Of a DNA stretch of 64,000 bases, positions 33,435-43,255 are shown one piece after another. The notes under the pieces are model-generated. The model saw only the letters and a list, made by a program, of their open reading frames with translations, was not told the origin of the DNA and ran no database searches. Position numbers and translations under genes: made by a program. The stretch's first letter is position 1. Every line of letters starts with the position of its first letter. The DNA is taken from the NCBI GenBank assembly GCA_041178185.1, contig JBEGVS010000064.1, positions 64,693 through 128,692 on the forward strand, given 5' to 3'. The stretch is from Pseudomonadota bacterium (GTDB taxonomy: Bacteria; Bdellovibrionota_C; UBA2361; OMII01).

Positions 33435-34250
33435 GTGACCGTTCAGATTACCCCTTCAGTGAAGGTGGGGAGGGGAGAAAAACTCCTTCTCATCGCTGGC
33501 CCGTGTCAGATCGAATCTAAGGACCACGCTTTCAAGATCGCGGAGTTTTTGTGCGCCGCGACCTCCAAGCTTCCGATCTCACTCGTCTACAAATCCTCTT
33601 TTGATAAGGCTAACCGTACGAGCGTAACGAGTCAGCGGGGCGTTGGCATGGACGCGGGCCTGCGCGTCTTGGACGATGTTCGAACTCAGTTCAATATCCC
33701 CATCCTCACTGACGTTCACTCAGAGGAACAGGCTCGTGAGGTTGGCGCTGTGGTTGACGTGCTCCAGATCCCAGCGTTTTTGTGTCGACAAACAGACCTG
33801 CTCCTTGCAGCCGGAAAAACCGGTAAAACGATTAACGTTAAGAAAGGACAATTCCTCCATCCAGCCGACATGCAGTTTGTGGCTGAGAAGATAGCGAGCA
33901 CAGGCAATTCAAAGATCCTTCTCTGCGAACGAGGTACCTGCTTTGGCTATCGAGACCTCATCATGGACCCTCGAAACCTCGTCATTATGCGCGAAACGGG
34001 CTATCCGGTAATATTCGATGCAACTCATAGCGTCCAAAGTATGGGAGGTGGTGCCGGGAGCTCGGGCGGGTCGCGCCATTTCGTAGAGATCCTCGCGCGC
34101 GCAGCTGTTGCAACCGGGGTTGATGGATTATTTATGGAGTGTCACAACGACCCTGACAACGCACCCTCGGACGGGCCTTGCATGCTCCCCTTAGATCGGG
34201 TTACCCCTCTTCTAGAGCGCTTGCTACGCATACGAGAAGCCGCTGAATAG
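33435..34250 (+). CDS. kdsA: 3-deoxy-8-phosphooctulonate (KDO-8-P) synthase
   Basis: LLLIAGPCQIES and the DAHP/KDO8P synthase fold; GTG start. Confidence 0.9.
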   Translation: MTVQITPSVKVGRGEKLLLIAGPCQIESKDHAFKIAEFLCAATSKLPISLVYKSSFDKANRTSVTSQRGVGMDAGLRVLDDVRTQFNIPILTDVHSEEQAREVGAVVDVLQIPAFLCRQTDLLLAAGKTGKTINVKKGQFLHPADMQFVAEKIASTGNSKILLCERGTCFGYRDLIMDPRNLVIMRETGYPVIFDATHSVQSMGGGAGSSGGSRHFVEILARAAVATGVDGLFMECHNDPDNAPSDGPCMLPLDRVTPLLERLLRIREAAE

Positions 34251-34259
34251 GAACTATCC

Positions 34260-34901
34260 GTGCCGATTATCCTAACCCGAAAAAAAAGTTTGGCTCTTGG
34301 GCTAGGGCTTCTCGGCTTGTTTTTCCTGATTAGTGGACTCGTGATCTGGACGCACAACTCCTCACGCACCCCTCCTTCAAGTGCCGCTCTGAATCGTGCA
34401 ACGATTGAGGGGCAGACCGGTCTCACACTCTCTCAAACACCAGGCGCAGGCATCGGCTTCGTTCTCAACGACTTCCACCGCAGCGCAGTCAAAGACGGTA
34501 AGATTGTGTGGGAAATATTCGGGAAAAGGGGGCGATACGACGCGGGAAAAAACCACGCTGAGATTGAGGAGCCTCGACTCAACGTGCATCGTGCAAACGG
34601 CGACACCGTCAACCTTACCGCTAAACGAGCAGACGTGGAACTCACAGGAACAGAGATCCTCAGAGCAGAGCTCTTTGATGACGTTGTTGTAGTCCACAAC
34701 AAAGAAACCACCATTAAAACCGATCGAGCTATTTATACGAAAGCCACCGAAACGGTCGATATGCCCAACTATGTGCAGGTAGACAATCCGATCTTCACCA
34801 TTAATGGTAAGAGGCTCCATGGCAACATAACCGATCAGACTATAAATATTACCAACGGCGTAAAGAGCACGTTCAAGCCACGACAAAAAAGGAAGAGGTA
34901 A
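34260..34901 (+). CDS. lptC: LPS export protein LptC
   Basis: A single N-terminal TM segment plus an OstA-like beta-jellyroll, positioned between kdsA and lptA; GTG start. Confidence 0.7.
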   Translation: MPIILTRKKSLALGLGLLGLFFLISGLVIWTHNSSRTPPSSAALNRATIEGQTGLTLSQTPGAGIGFVLNDFHRSAVKDGKIVWEIFGKRGRYDAGKNHAEIEEPRLNVHRANGDTVNLTAKRADVELTGTEILRAELFDDVVVVHNKETTIKTDRAIYTKATETVDMPNYVQVDNPIFTINGKRLHGNITDQTINITNGVKSTFKPRQKRKR

Positions 34902-34904
34902 CGC

Positions 34905-35528
34905 ATGAAATATTACACTACCGCCCTCACCCTTCTCCTCGCCCTCAGCACACCCACCTACGCTGAAAACAAACCCACAGGGTCGATGACGAATCTCATG
35001 GACTCGCAGGCGTTCGATGACAGCTTTGGCAAGCTTCCGACCAACATCACCTCCGACTCGCTCTCCTTCAACGCAAAAGACCGCGTATTCGCATACTCCG
35101 GCAACGTTCAAGTAACACAGGGGGACATGCGTCTCACCTCGAAGACACTTGAGGGAACCTATAGCGAAAAGAATGAACTCTTGAAGTTAATCGCAAAGGG
35201 CGACGTATTCATCTCTAAGCAGGATATCCAGGCTACCGGCCAGACCGCGTCCTATGATGCGGTCGCATCGATCGTCACCCTCTCAGACAATCCCCAGCTG
35301 CAGCAGAAAGAGAGCATCCTCAGGGCAGACAAGATCAAGATCTTCCTCAACGAGAACCGCAGCCAAGCGGAAGGTGACGTTCGCGTGACCTTTGTGAACT
35401 CAAAGGATGGAAATCCGGGCCTGCCATCCCTCAACCCGGTCGCGGCACAACCCTCACCTCAACCGACCGCGACTCCGGCAGCACCTAAAAAGGCGGCATC
35501 TGCCCCAGCTAAGGCCAAGAAGAAGTAA
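34905..35528 (+). CDS. lptA: LPS export periplasmic protein LptA
   Basis: Signal peptide MKYYTTALTLLLALSTPTYA, an OstA-like N-terminal domain, a Pro-rich tail, and a good ribosome-binding site (AAGGAAGAGG). Confidence 0.75.
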   Translation: MKYYTTALTLLLALSTPTYAENKPTGSMTNLMDSQAFDDSFGKLPTNITSDSLSFNAKDRVFAYSGNVQVTQGDMRLTSKTLEGTYSEKNELLKLIAKGDVFISKQDIQATGQTASYDAVASIVTLSDNPQLQQKESILRADKIKIFLNENRSQAEGDVRVTFVNSKDGNPGLPSLNPVAAQPSPQPTATPAAPKKAASAPAKAKKK

Positions 35529-35564
35529 CTGCAACCCTTGGCAGTCCTAATGGGAGTTCTCTTG

Positions 35565-35600
35565 CAGGAGGACAGCTCCTCCTATCCTTTTCTCTTTTCT
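35565..35600 (+). terminator. rho-independent terminator after lptA
   Basis: AGGAGGAcagcTCCTCCT hairpin followed by a T-rich tract. Confidence 0.55.
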
Positions 35601-35796
35601 CTGTAGGGGGCTACCTCCTCCGCCTCTATAAGGAACCTCTCTTTGGGTTCCCCGAATAGCTCCCCATGGAAAGGAAGATGAAATACCACCCTCACGGGAG
35701 TATATTTTTTTGAACCTTTAGCCTTGAGGAGGGATTGCTGCTGTTACAGACAGAAGAATAGGCGCTACCCGTTTTGGTTAGCTATGGTCCTCCGTG

Positions 35797-37329
35797 TTAC
35801 CCGACCCAACGGGCGGCGATAGAAGCCGGTGGCTCATACGGATACGTTGCAGGGAAATCCTGGCGTACCATCTCGGCAATCAACCGCCCGGATGTCACAG
35901 CGCCGGAGATCCCCCCTATCCCCTGGAATCCCCCTCCAGAGAGGAAGAGATTGGGAATCCGATGCATACGATGCTGAAAGCTGAGTCCGCCGGTGAGCGA
36001 TATCGTGGTTGCTAGCGGGAACGGTGCACCGTGGGGATGGGATAGCACATCCCGCGCATACCGCGGATCGATCGATTCGGCGAACACTTGAGTACATTTC
36101 AAAGTAGGGAGCACTCGCTCTCGAAGCTTCGTGAGAATGATATCCTTAAATCCGGTGCCGTCGAACTTCCACCCGCTGTAGCGGCCAAGATGGGGGACCG
36201 GGACGAAGACCGAGAAGAGTTCCCCCTCCTCGTGAGGCCCCCTGAGAGCCGTTCCCGAGAGACGACATACCGCGAAGATCGGATCCTTAGGAAGTCGGGG
36301 CCCCTTCCCTATCTGCGAGAGCAGACCTTCCCACCGCTCGGAAAAAACAACCGTCTGATCAGCGACCTCCGGATAGGAACGCTTCGTTTTGAGGAAAAGG
36401 ACATACATTCCGAAAGATGGCTGAATTGGACGAAGTGCAATCCTCTCAATCGGTGATAGATCGTCGCCACCAAAAGCTTGATGCAGGCTCTGGGAAGCAC
36501 TACTCCACACCACGAGTTCACAGGGGATAACAACGCGTTCTCCTCGATGCGCAGAGTAGAGTGATACTATTTTGCCTGTTCCATCCCGAGAGACACTGAC
36601 CACTTTGTGGTCATAGTGAAATCGGATCCCGTGACGCTCTCCCAAGTTTACAAGAGCGCTTACAAGCTTCGAAGTCCCCCCCTGTACGACCCAGACCCCT
36701 CCCCTGCGTTCAATAGCATGCATTGCAATAGCACGCGCGGGCGCAACGAATGGATGCAAGCCGGTTGTGAAGGCCGGCCATGCGAAGGCCTGTCTGACCC
36801 GTCTGTCCCCAAAGTATCGTCCCGTACATCGCCAGAGATTAGAGAACACCTTTGGAGCAACACGCGAAGGCATCGTGTGAAGGAGCCTTTTCAGGTCAAT
36901 CGATGTATCTCGATGGCCCTGGTCGATATCCTTTGTGTAGAGCTCTTCGCACTGCTTCAGAAAGCCTCGATACCGCTTGGCATCTTCAGGAGCAATGCTC
37001 CCTATCTCGAGCTCCTGTTGCTCAACCGATGAGACGATATCGAGACGAGTTCCATCGGCATAGAGATTTCGACGGTACAGAGGGGACGGAGTGAACTCAA
37101 TGAAATCCGGTCGACGCTCCTGAAACAGGTCGAAGAGCTCATCAAACAGCCATGGGCAACTAATAGTGGGAGGAACAACCTCCAGGGTATCGCCTTGATG
37201 GAAAAAGCCTCGCGCCCACTCACCCGGAGCTGTACCCTCTTCGAGCACGTCAACTTCATAGCCGAGCGCACGAAGCTGCAGGGCGCTCGCCAAACTCTCG
37301 AATCCGGTGCCAACTACAACCGCTTTCAT
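35797..37329 (-). CDS. FAD-dependent oxidoreductase of the phytoene-desaturase (CrtI) family
   Basis: N-terminal dinucleotide-binding motif VVGTGFESLASA...DVLE, and C-terminal GGGFQGIGGISGAV. Confidence 0.7.
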   Translation of the reverse strand: MKAVVVGTGFESLASALQLRALGYEVDVLEEGTAPGEWARGFFHQGDTLEVVPPTISCPWLFDELFDLFQERRPDFIEFTPSPLYRRNLYADGTRLDIVSSVEQQELEIGSIAPEDAKRYRGFLKQCEELYTKDIDQGHRDTSIDLKRLLHTMPSRVAPKVFSNLWRCTGRYFGDRRVRQAFAWPAFTTGLHPFVAPARAIAMHAIERRGGVWVVQGGTSKLVSALVNLGERHGIRFHYDHKVVSVSRDGTGKIVSLYSAHRGERVVIPCELVVWSSASQSLHQAFGGDDLSPIERIALRPIQPSFGMYVLFLKTKRSYPEVADQTVVFSERWEGLLSQIGKGPRLPKDPIFAVCRLSGTALRGPHEEGELFSVFVPVPHLGRYSGWKFDGTGFKDIILTKLRERVLPTLKCTQVFAESIDPRYARDVLSHPHGAPFPLATTISLTGGLSFQHRMHRIPNLFLSGGGFQGIGGISGAVTSGRLIAEMVRQDFPATYPYEPPASIAARWVG

Positions 37330-37396
37330 ACAAGAAAGGGTACCAAGGCAACGGAAGGAGCAACATCACAAAATCAGCGGCTCATACCTGAGTTCG

Positions 37397-38404
37397 CTAC
37401 CAACGAATGAGATTGCCACCCCAGGTGAACCCCGCACCGAACGCGAGCGTAAGCACCACGTCGCCCTGCTTGAGGCGCCCCTCTGCGACAGCCTCCGACA
37501 TACAGATCGGAATAGTCGCGGCGGTGGTGTTGCCATACCTGTTGATGTTGTTGAACACCTTCTCTGGAGGGAGGGCAAGTTGAGTCCTCACCATTTCATT
37601 AATCCGAAGATTCGCTTGATGAGGAATCACAAGATCTATCTGCTCAGCAGCTATCCTATTTCTTTGCAACAACACACTAGCGGTCTCAAGAAGACGGGTG
37701 ACTGCGTTCTTAAACACAAGCTTACCATCCATGGAGGGATGCACTCGCGATTGGGCAACATCATCGGTCGAGATAAAGCCGGGGGTCGCGGTCCCTGGAA
37801 TCTTCATGCACAGAACCTCAGCGCCACTCCCATCACTGCCGAGAAATGAATCGATAATCCCTCGATCTGATGCAGCTCCCTCGACAGCTTCGATCGTCAC
37901 AGCTCCAGCCCCATCGCCGAATAAAACCGCCATGTCCCTACCACGTGTGGTGAGATCGAGCACCGGCGACTGAACCTCAGCGCACACAAGGAGCACCTTT
38001 CGCGCTTGCCGGCTCTTCACATAGCCATCAACGACCGAAAGCCCATACACAAGACCACTGCATTGCGCCCTGATATCGAGTGCCGGGATCGTGCGACACC
38101 CTAACTTTTGCTGAAGCATGACGCCGACACCAGGAAAGTAGTAATCGGGAGAGAGGGTAGCAACGACTATGAGATCGAGTTCCTCTGCCGTCCACCCAGC
38201 CTTTTGAAGGGCCTGGCGAGCAGCACGTTCGCCCAACTCAGAGGTCCCAACGCACTCGCCGTCGATAAACCGTCGCTCCTTGATACCGGTACGCTCAGTA
38301 ATCCATGCGTCGCTGGTATCCATCAGTTTAGAGAGATCGTCATTCGTGACACGACGCTCGGGAACGTAGTGAGCCACGGACCGGATCTGAGCTCGAAGCT
38401 CCAT
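37397..38404 (-). CDS. fabH: 3-oxoacyl-ACP synthase III (KAS III)
   Basis: Active-site Cys in AAACSG-like QCSGLVYGL, and HQAN and GNTTAAT motifs. The ATG at 38404 (MELRAQIRSVAHYVPE) fits the FabH N-terminus better than the track's TTG. Confidence 0.85.
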   Translation of the reverse strand: MELRAQIRSVAHYVPERRVTNDDLSKLMDTSDAWITERTGIKERRFIDGECVGTSELGERAARQALQKAGWTAEELDLIVVATLSPDYYFPGVGVMLQQKLGCRTIPALDIRAQCSGLVYGLSVVDGYVKSRQARKVLLVCAEVQSPVLDLTTRGRDMAVLFGDGAGAVTIEAVEGAASDRGIIDSFLGSDGSGAEVLCMKIPGTATPGFISTDDVAQSRVHPSMDGKLVFKNAVTRLLETASVLLQRNRIAAEQIDLVIPHQANLRINEMVRTQLALPPEKVFNNINRYGNTTAATIPICMSEAVAEGRLKQGDVVLTLAFGAGFTWGGNLIRW

Positions 38405-38508
38405 AGGAATCTCCATCAACAAACTATACGAGCCTACTGTAATAGACTTGGGCCATCCGCACCAATATCTTATCGCCGAGCCTGAATCCGCTGTGGTACG
38501 ATGGGGTT

Positions 38509-38943
38509 ATGGGTACCAAGGTTCAAAAATTCCGCGTCGCGCTCTACGGTGTGCTGATCGAAAACAATCGGGTTCTGCTCGCGACAACCCGAGTTCCCTC
38601 CGGCCTTATAACCAATTTCCCTGGCGGCGGGCTGGAGTTAGGCGAAGCTCCCCTTGAGGCCGTCGCGCGAGAGTTTCAGGAGGAGACGGGTTTGCACGTA
38701 GCGGTCCAGGAGCTCCTCTTTTGCTCTCAACGTTTTCAACAAAATCCGGAGTACCCAACCGAACAACTCATGCATATCTTCTACCGGGTTGAGCGCATAC
38801 GTGGGGAGATAACGACCCACGGGAATGACGACGATGTTGCAAGCGTTGAGTGGTCCACCCTTGAGGAACTCGAACACAAACGAATCTTGGCAGTAGATAG
38901 AGAATTTACGGATCATCCCTCATTCCGCGGGCTCTTTAGGTAG
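38509..38943 (+). CDS. NUDIX hydrolase
   Basis: Nudix box GGGLELGEAPLEAVAREFQEETG. Confidence 0.8.
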   Translation: MGTKVQKFRVALYGVLIENNRVLLATTRVPSGLITNFPGGGLELGEAPLEAVAREFQEETGLHVAVQELLFCSQRFQQNPEYPTEQLMHIFYRVERIRGEITTHGNDDDVASVEWSTLEELEHKRILAVDREFTDHPSFRGLFR

Positions 38944-38976
38944 ACAGGTATTTCGTCCCCTGGTACACACCTTTTC

Positions 38977-39273
38977 ATGACCTTCGAGCAATTCCTAACC
39001 GTATGTGAGTCGGGCTCAGAACCGCGCGCGCTCTCATCCCATCTTAAGGCGCTTTGGTTCGACCGCCGAGGGGATTGGGACACCGCACATGAGCGGATTC
39101 AGGATGATCACGATAGAATCAGCGCCGCAATTCACGCTTATCTTCACCGGAAAGAGGGGGATATCTCAAACGCCCGTTACTGGTACAGCACCGCTCACCG
39201 GCCTGTGTTCAAGGGCTCACTCGATCAAGAGTGGGAGGCACTCGCCAGGGAGATTCTGGCCTTACCGGAATAA
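38977..39273 (+). CDS. hypothetical protein
   Basis: An ORF only, with no recognisable motif. Confidence 0.3.
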   Translation: MTFEQFLTVCESGSEPRALSSHLKALWFDRRGDWDTAHERIQDDHDRISAAIHAYLHRKEGDISNARYWYSTAHRPVFKGSLDQEWEALAREILALPE

Positions 39274-39412
39274 GAGATCCGACAACCCCCGTGGTCAAAA
39301 CACAGTAAACGGCACGAGAAGCAACCCGTTGCGCTACCAAGTCCCTGCCCCCTTTCGCGCCGAACTCTGTGCGGATGTCGTTACATTGATACGCGCCTGC
39401 GACACGCGGCAC

Positions 39413-40201
39413 CTACTGCAGGCCGAGCTCCTTCCTCATGACAAATCGGGAGATCCTGACGAGCCATGAACGGGGAACGAAACGAGTACCGTGAGAGAGG
39501 ATCTTATTAAACCAACCATCAACTACGATCGGCTGCCTTCCCAGGGCAGCGAATGCTGACTCAACAACATGTTCAGCTTTCCGATACGGGGAGTGATACT
39601 CGCGCATCCCCGCCCCTGCTTGAAATTCCGTTTTGGTGAGCCCCGGGAGCACCGTTACGACATCGACCCCGGTGCCAAGACATTCCCCGTAGAGCCCTTC
39701 ACCAAAATAGAGATCAAACGCTTTCGTGCCGCTGTAGGCTGAGAACCAGGGAGTTGGAATTGTCCCGACGACGCTTGAAACAATAATAACCGCCCCTCGC
39801 CGCCGCTCCTTCATGCCAGGAAGGAAGCGAATAGTCATATCGACCACCGCGCGGCAGTTAAGGTTTATCATGGAAAGGGTCCTATCTCGGTCGACCGTTT
39901 CAACGGAACCCAAGAACCCAACGCCCGCGTTGTTCACGAGAACGTCAATTGAGAGACCCGCTGCTTCAACCGCGTGAACAACGGTATCAACACCTTCCGA
40001 CCGTGAGAGGTCTGCAACAACAGGAACAACCGTACCCATGCCCGCTCGAGAGACCTCGGCCTGCAGCTGTTGAAGTCGCTCTTCGCGACGCGCGACAGCA
40101 ACCACGGTAAATCCCTGCGAAGCGAGCTTTCTGACGAACGCCTCACCGATACCTGAACTGGCGCCGGTTACGAGAGCAGTTGTACCGTAGGAGGTATGCA
40201 T
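39413..40201 (-). CDS. SDR-family short-chain dehydrogenase
   Basis: TALVTGASSGIG and a YxxxK catalytic motif. Confidence 0.85.
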   Translation of the reverse strand: MHTSYGTTALVTGASSGIGEAFVRKLASQGFTVVAVARREERLQQLQAEVSRAGMGTVVPVVADLSRSEGVDTVVHAVEAAGLSIDVLVNNAGVGFLGSVETVDRDRTLSMINLNCRAVVDMTIRFLPGMKERRRGAVIIVSSVVGTIPTPWFSAYSGTKAFDLYFGEGLYGECLGTGVDVVTVLPGLTKTEFQAGAGMREYHSPYRKAEHVVESAFAALGRQPIVVDGWFNKILSHGTRFVPRSWLVRISRFVMRKELGLQ

Positions 40202-40300
40202 ACAAGGTATTTTCCCCAGGAAGGGTGGATAACGCTATAGCTTTTGTGCCGTGTTGCGAAGTCGGAAACGGGGACCATCTCTGGTCACAGATCCCCCACC

Positions 40301-40918
40301 CTATCTTGCAACGATCATGATCCCGACCTGCGCCAAGCCAACCAAGAATCCCAGCACACCACCAAGAACCTCAATCGTCTTCAACTCACGGGCAGAGACC
40401 TCGTAGATCAACGATTCAAGCTTGGAGAGGTCGAATCCCTCGATCTTGCGAGCCACTATCTCACTGACGTCGAGTCGGTGCTCAACGCGGGTCACTACCC
40501 GCTCCATGAATTCAGGAAAGCGCTCGGACATCTGCGCCGCAAGGGTTTGCTTAATCTGATCGAGTAACGGCCCCTGCAGGAACATCCCAACCATTGGGTT
40601 CTGAGCCCCGATCTTTTGTGCAAAGGCGTCTATCTGTTCGGAGAGGAATGCGGTCGCCTCCTCCGCGGTCTCCGTTCCACTCAGGGCCGCGTGGATATCC
40701 TCTTGAGAGAAGAGATCCCGCTCGATCATTGAACCGAGACTCGCTGCGATCTCCTTCTGTCGACGCGGCACGAGCCCCTGGAAGGTTATCCCCAAAAGGC
40801 GAACGGGCTTGTGCGGACGAAACAACATTCGCACTGCGATGTAGTTAGTGATGTACCCGATAAGGGCGGCTATTGCCGGAACCGAGAGCAGGGCCCAGAG
40901 AGAGTAGTGGGATGTCAT
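40301..40918 (-). CDS. DUF445-like membrane protein
   Basis: N-terminal TM segment, and RMLFRP and GQGLVPRRQ motifs typical of DUF445. Confidence 0.5.
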   Translation of the reverse strand: MTSHYSLWALLSVPAIAALIGYITNYIAVRMLFRPHKPVRLLGITFQGLVPRRQKEIAASLGSMIERDLFSQEDIHAALSGTETAEEATAFLSEQIDAFAQKIGAQNPMVGMFLQGPLLDQIKQTLAAQMSERFPEFMERVVTRVEHRLDVSEIVARKIEGFDLSKLESLIYEVSARELKTIEVLGGVLGFLVGLAQVGIMIVAR

Positions 40919-40997
40919 GTGGGGAATTATTTGGGAAACGCTCCCTAGCCTGCCTCGCGGATAGAGCGAAGTGCCGACTAGGGAGCGCGTTATCGAC

Positions 40998-41489
40998 TTA
41001 GAACGGAATATCGTCGTCGTCGAAGGTCACTGGCTCATCACGAACCGCTGGAGAACGACCTCCGTTTGCGGCCTTCGGAAGAGCATCTGCGGTCGGAATT
41101 CCAGCAAGAACGTTGCTGTTAGCCGGCTCACCGCCGAAATCCATATCCGCGCCCTCACCCTTGGCTCCACCAACGAACTGCACGGTGTCAGCAAGGATCT
41201 CAGTTGTGTAACGATCCTTTCCTTCCTTATCCTGCCACTTACGTGTGCGGATACGCCCCTCGATAAAAGCCTGACGGCCCTTCTTCAGGAAACGAGCGCA
41301 GTTCTCTGCGGTCTTACCGAACACAACGATGTTGTGCCACTCGGTGTGATCAACCCACTGACCGTTTGAATCTTTCTTACGCTCACCCGTAGCCAAAGAG
41401 AACTGGCAGATAGCCATCTGCTGAGGTGTGTAGCGAACCTCTGGATCTTTTCCGAGATTGCCAAGTAACATCACTTTATTGATACCCAT
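40998..41489 (-). CDS. ssb: single-stranded DNA-binding protein
   Basis: OB fold, Gly-rich linker, and acidic tail DDDIPF. Confidence 0.9.
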   Translation of the reverse strand: MGINKVMLLGNLGKDPEVRYTPQQMAICQFSLATGERKKDSNGQWVDHTEWHNIVVFGKTAENCARFLKKGRQAFIEGRIRTRKWQDKEGKDRYTTEILADTVQFVGGAKGEGADMDFGGEPANSNVLAGIPTADALPKAANGGRSPAVRDEPVTFDDDDIPF

Positions 41490-41712
41490 ACTGAAGCTCC
41501 AAAATTAGACACGGAAGTATATCGGAGACACACCCTCAAGGGTTGCGTTGACACGCGGTTATAGCTCACTTTTCCTCAGGTTCAAAGAGTTGAGTGCAGT
41601 CGGCCTCAACTTTCAAAACCCAAATAAAACTGACGAGTTAGCTTCATTTTTTTGACCGCAACGGGCGCTTCGAGTTGAGAAGTTTCCCGACTGAGGTACA
41701 CTATTCCTCATC

Positions 41713-42261
41713 ATGAGAATTTGCACGACCACTATCCCCTTTTCGGGGATGAAAATTCAGACGGATCTCCCCCTCGAGGCGCTCAATGCTCGTCTGGCCG
41801 AGGGCTCGGAGAAGCAAGAGTTCCTCTTTGAAGGCCCTCCCATGGTTGACCTTACCCTGACTCGCACGCACGGCGGCATTCTGGTGAAGGGGGTCGTGTC
41901 CGGCCGCTGTCGACAGCAGTGTGCTACCTGCGCCGATCCTGTTCCCCACGAGATCATCTCCACCATCGACTGGCTCCTTCAAACTGAGAGCGACCGCGCA
42001 GGCCCCGAGGATGAGCTCGATGACCCCGGGGTCATCGTGTACGAGGGTGATCACGTCGAGCTGGAGGAGCCTTTGCAGGAGGCGCTGATCCTCAACATCA
42101 ATCCGTTCTGGCATCCAGAGCGAGATGCTCACGAGCGATGCACGGTATGCAAACGTGATTGCAGCTCGAGAGTATGGGGCGAGGAGAAGGAAGAGGGAAC
42201 AAAGACGAGCTCGACATTCGGCTCGTTGCTCCAAGGGGCCCTTAACGCTGCGAAGAAGTAG
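41713..42261 (+). CDS. yceD: YceD/DUF177 family protein
   Basis: CxxC...C pattern and DUF177 length. No rpmF or plsX follows. Confidence 0.65.
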   Translation: MRICTTTIPFSGMKIQTDLPLEALNARLAEGSEKQEFLFEGPPMVDLTLTRTHGGILVKGVVSGRCRQQCATCADPVPHEIISTIDWLLQTESDRAGPEDELDDPGVIVYEGDHVELEEPLQEALILNINPFWHPERDAHERCTVCKRDCSSRVWGEEKEEGTKTSSTFGSLLQGALNAAKK

Positions 42262-43252
42262 TCAGAAACCTAACCTCGCGCTGCAGGTCCCTTCTATCCC
42301 ACCCATATTTTTTAGAGAGCGCCTCGTAGAACGAACACCGCTCTCGAGTCATCGTCTCATATACACTCATGAGACCTGAGACCCCCTTTCGTGCAACGAT
42401 AGCTTCGAACTCAAGTGATGCGATGGCGTAGTCCTGACCTCCTCCATCAAAGGTGGAGGTTCCAACGTCAGCCTGGGATCGAATCATTCCTCTATACCGA
42501 TCTTGCACACTTCCCCTTGGGATTGAGGAGCTAAACGTAGCGCTGTATCCTTCAAACCACGCGGCGAACCCTTCAGCTCGCTTCCTATCATGAGCCCCTT
42601 TCCCCTCAAGCAACTCAAACTCAAGAACATGCCCCATCTCATGGAGCAGCACCTGTGTGAGAAGCGCATCAACGTCCCCACTCGGCTGGCAGTTTGGAGA
42701 GATGTATTCGACAACCATGTAGATCTGGTTTGGTGGAACCATAAAACCTGGGTGGCCCCCTAAGCTCAACGCAACGGGGAATTGGGAGACAGCGCTCGCC
42801 CGATCAATAAAAATCAGGGACCAATCTCGTCGCTCGCTCTTGATACGGTCATCGAAGCGCGCGGTCCGGAGCGCTCGATTAACAGCCGAGGCTGCCTCTG
42901 AGATGGCCCGCGTAGGAGGGCGCCCGAAGCACCGCTCCGCCGACCGGGGCCACCGAACATCCATCGCTCCCAAGGGAGTGCTGAACGAGGAACTTCGCTG
43001 GGCTCCTCTCAGTTCGACGTCCTCGACCTTCGGTATGTTTCGTGGTTCGGCAGTTTGGCACGTCGTCTTCGCTCGAAAACGCGCAGGCACATCCTTGAGC
43101 GTAGCTGCACTGTGAATGTTTCCTCTCTCATCGGCGTAGACGCACGACTCCTGAGCTTGACTCGGATACGGTTGCAGAACTACGGCGCTGATGAGGAGTG
43201 TTCGCGTAGCGCGATACAGAAACCTACCACTCCCCAGAGCTGCGATGGTCAT
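42242..43252 (-). CDS. hypothetical secreted HExxH zinc metallopeptidase-like protein
   Basis: Signal peptide and VLLHEMGHVLEF. Confidence 0.45.
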   Translation of the reverse strand: MTIAALGSGRFLYRATRTLLISAVVLQPYPSQAQESCVYADERGNIHSAATLKDVPARFRAKTTCQTAEPRNIPKVEDVELRGAQRSSSFSTPLGAMDVRWPRSAERCFGRPPTRAISEAASAVNRALRTARFDDRIKSERRDWSLIFIDRASAVSQFPVALSLGGHPGFMVPPNQIYMVVEYISPNCQPSGDVDALLTQVLLHEMGHVLEFELLEGKGAHDRKRAEGFAAWFEGYSATFSSSIPRGSVQDRYRGMIRSQADVGTSTFDGGGQDYAIASLEFEAIVARKGVSGLMSVYETMTRERCSFYEALSKKYGWDRRDLQREVRFLTTSSQR

Positions 43253-43255
43253 GGG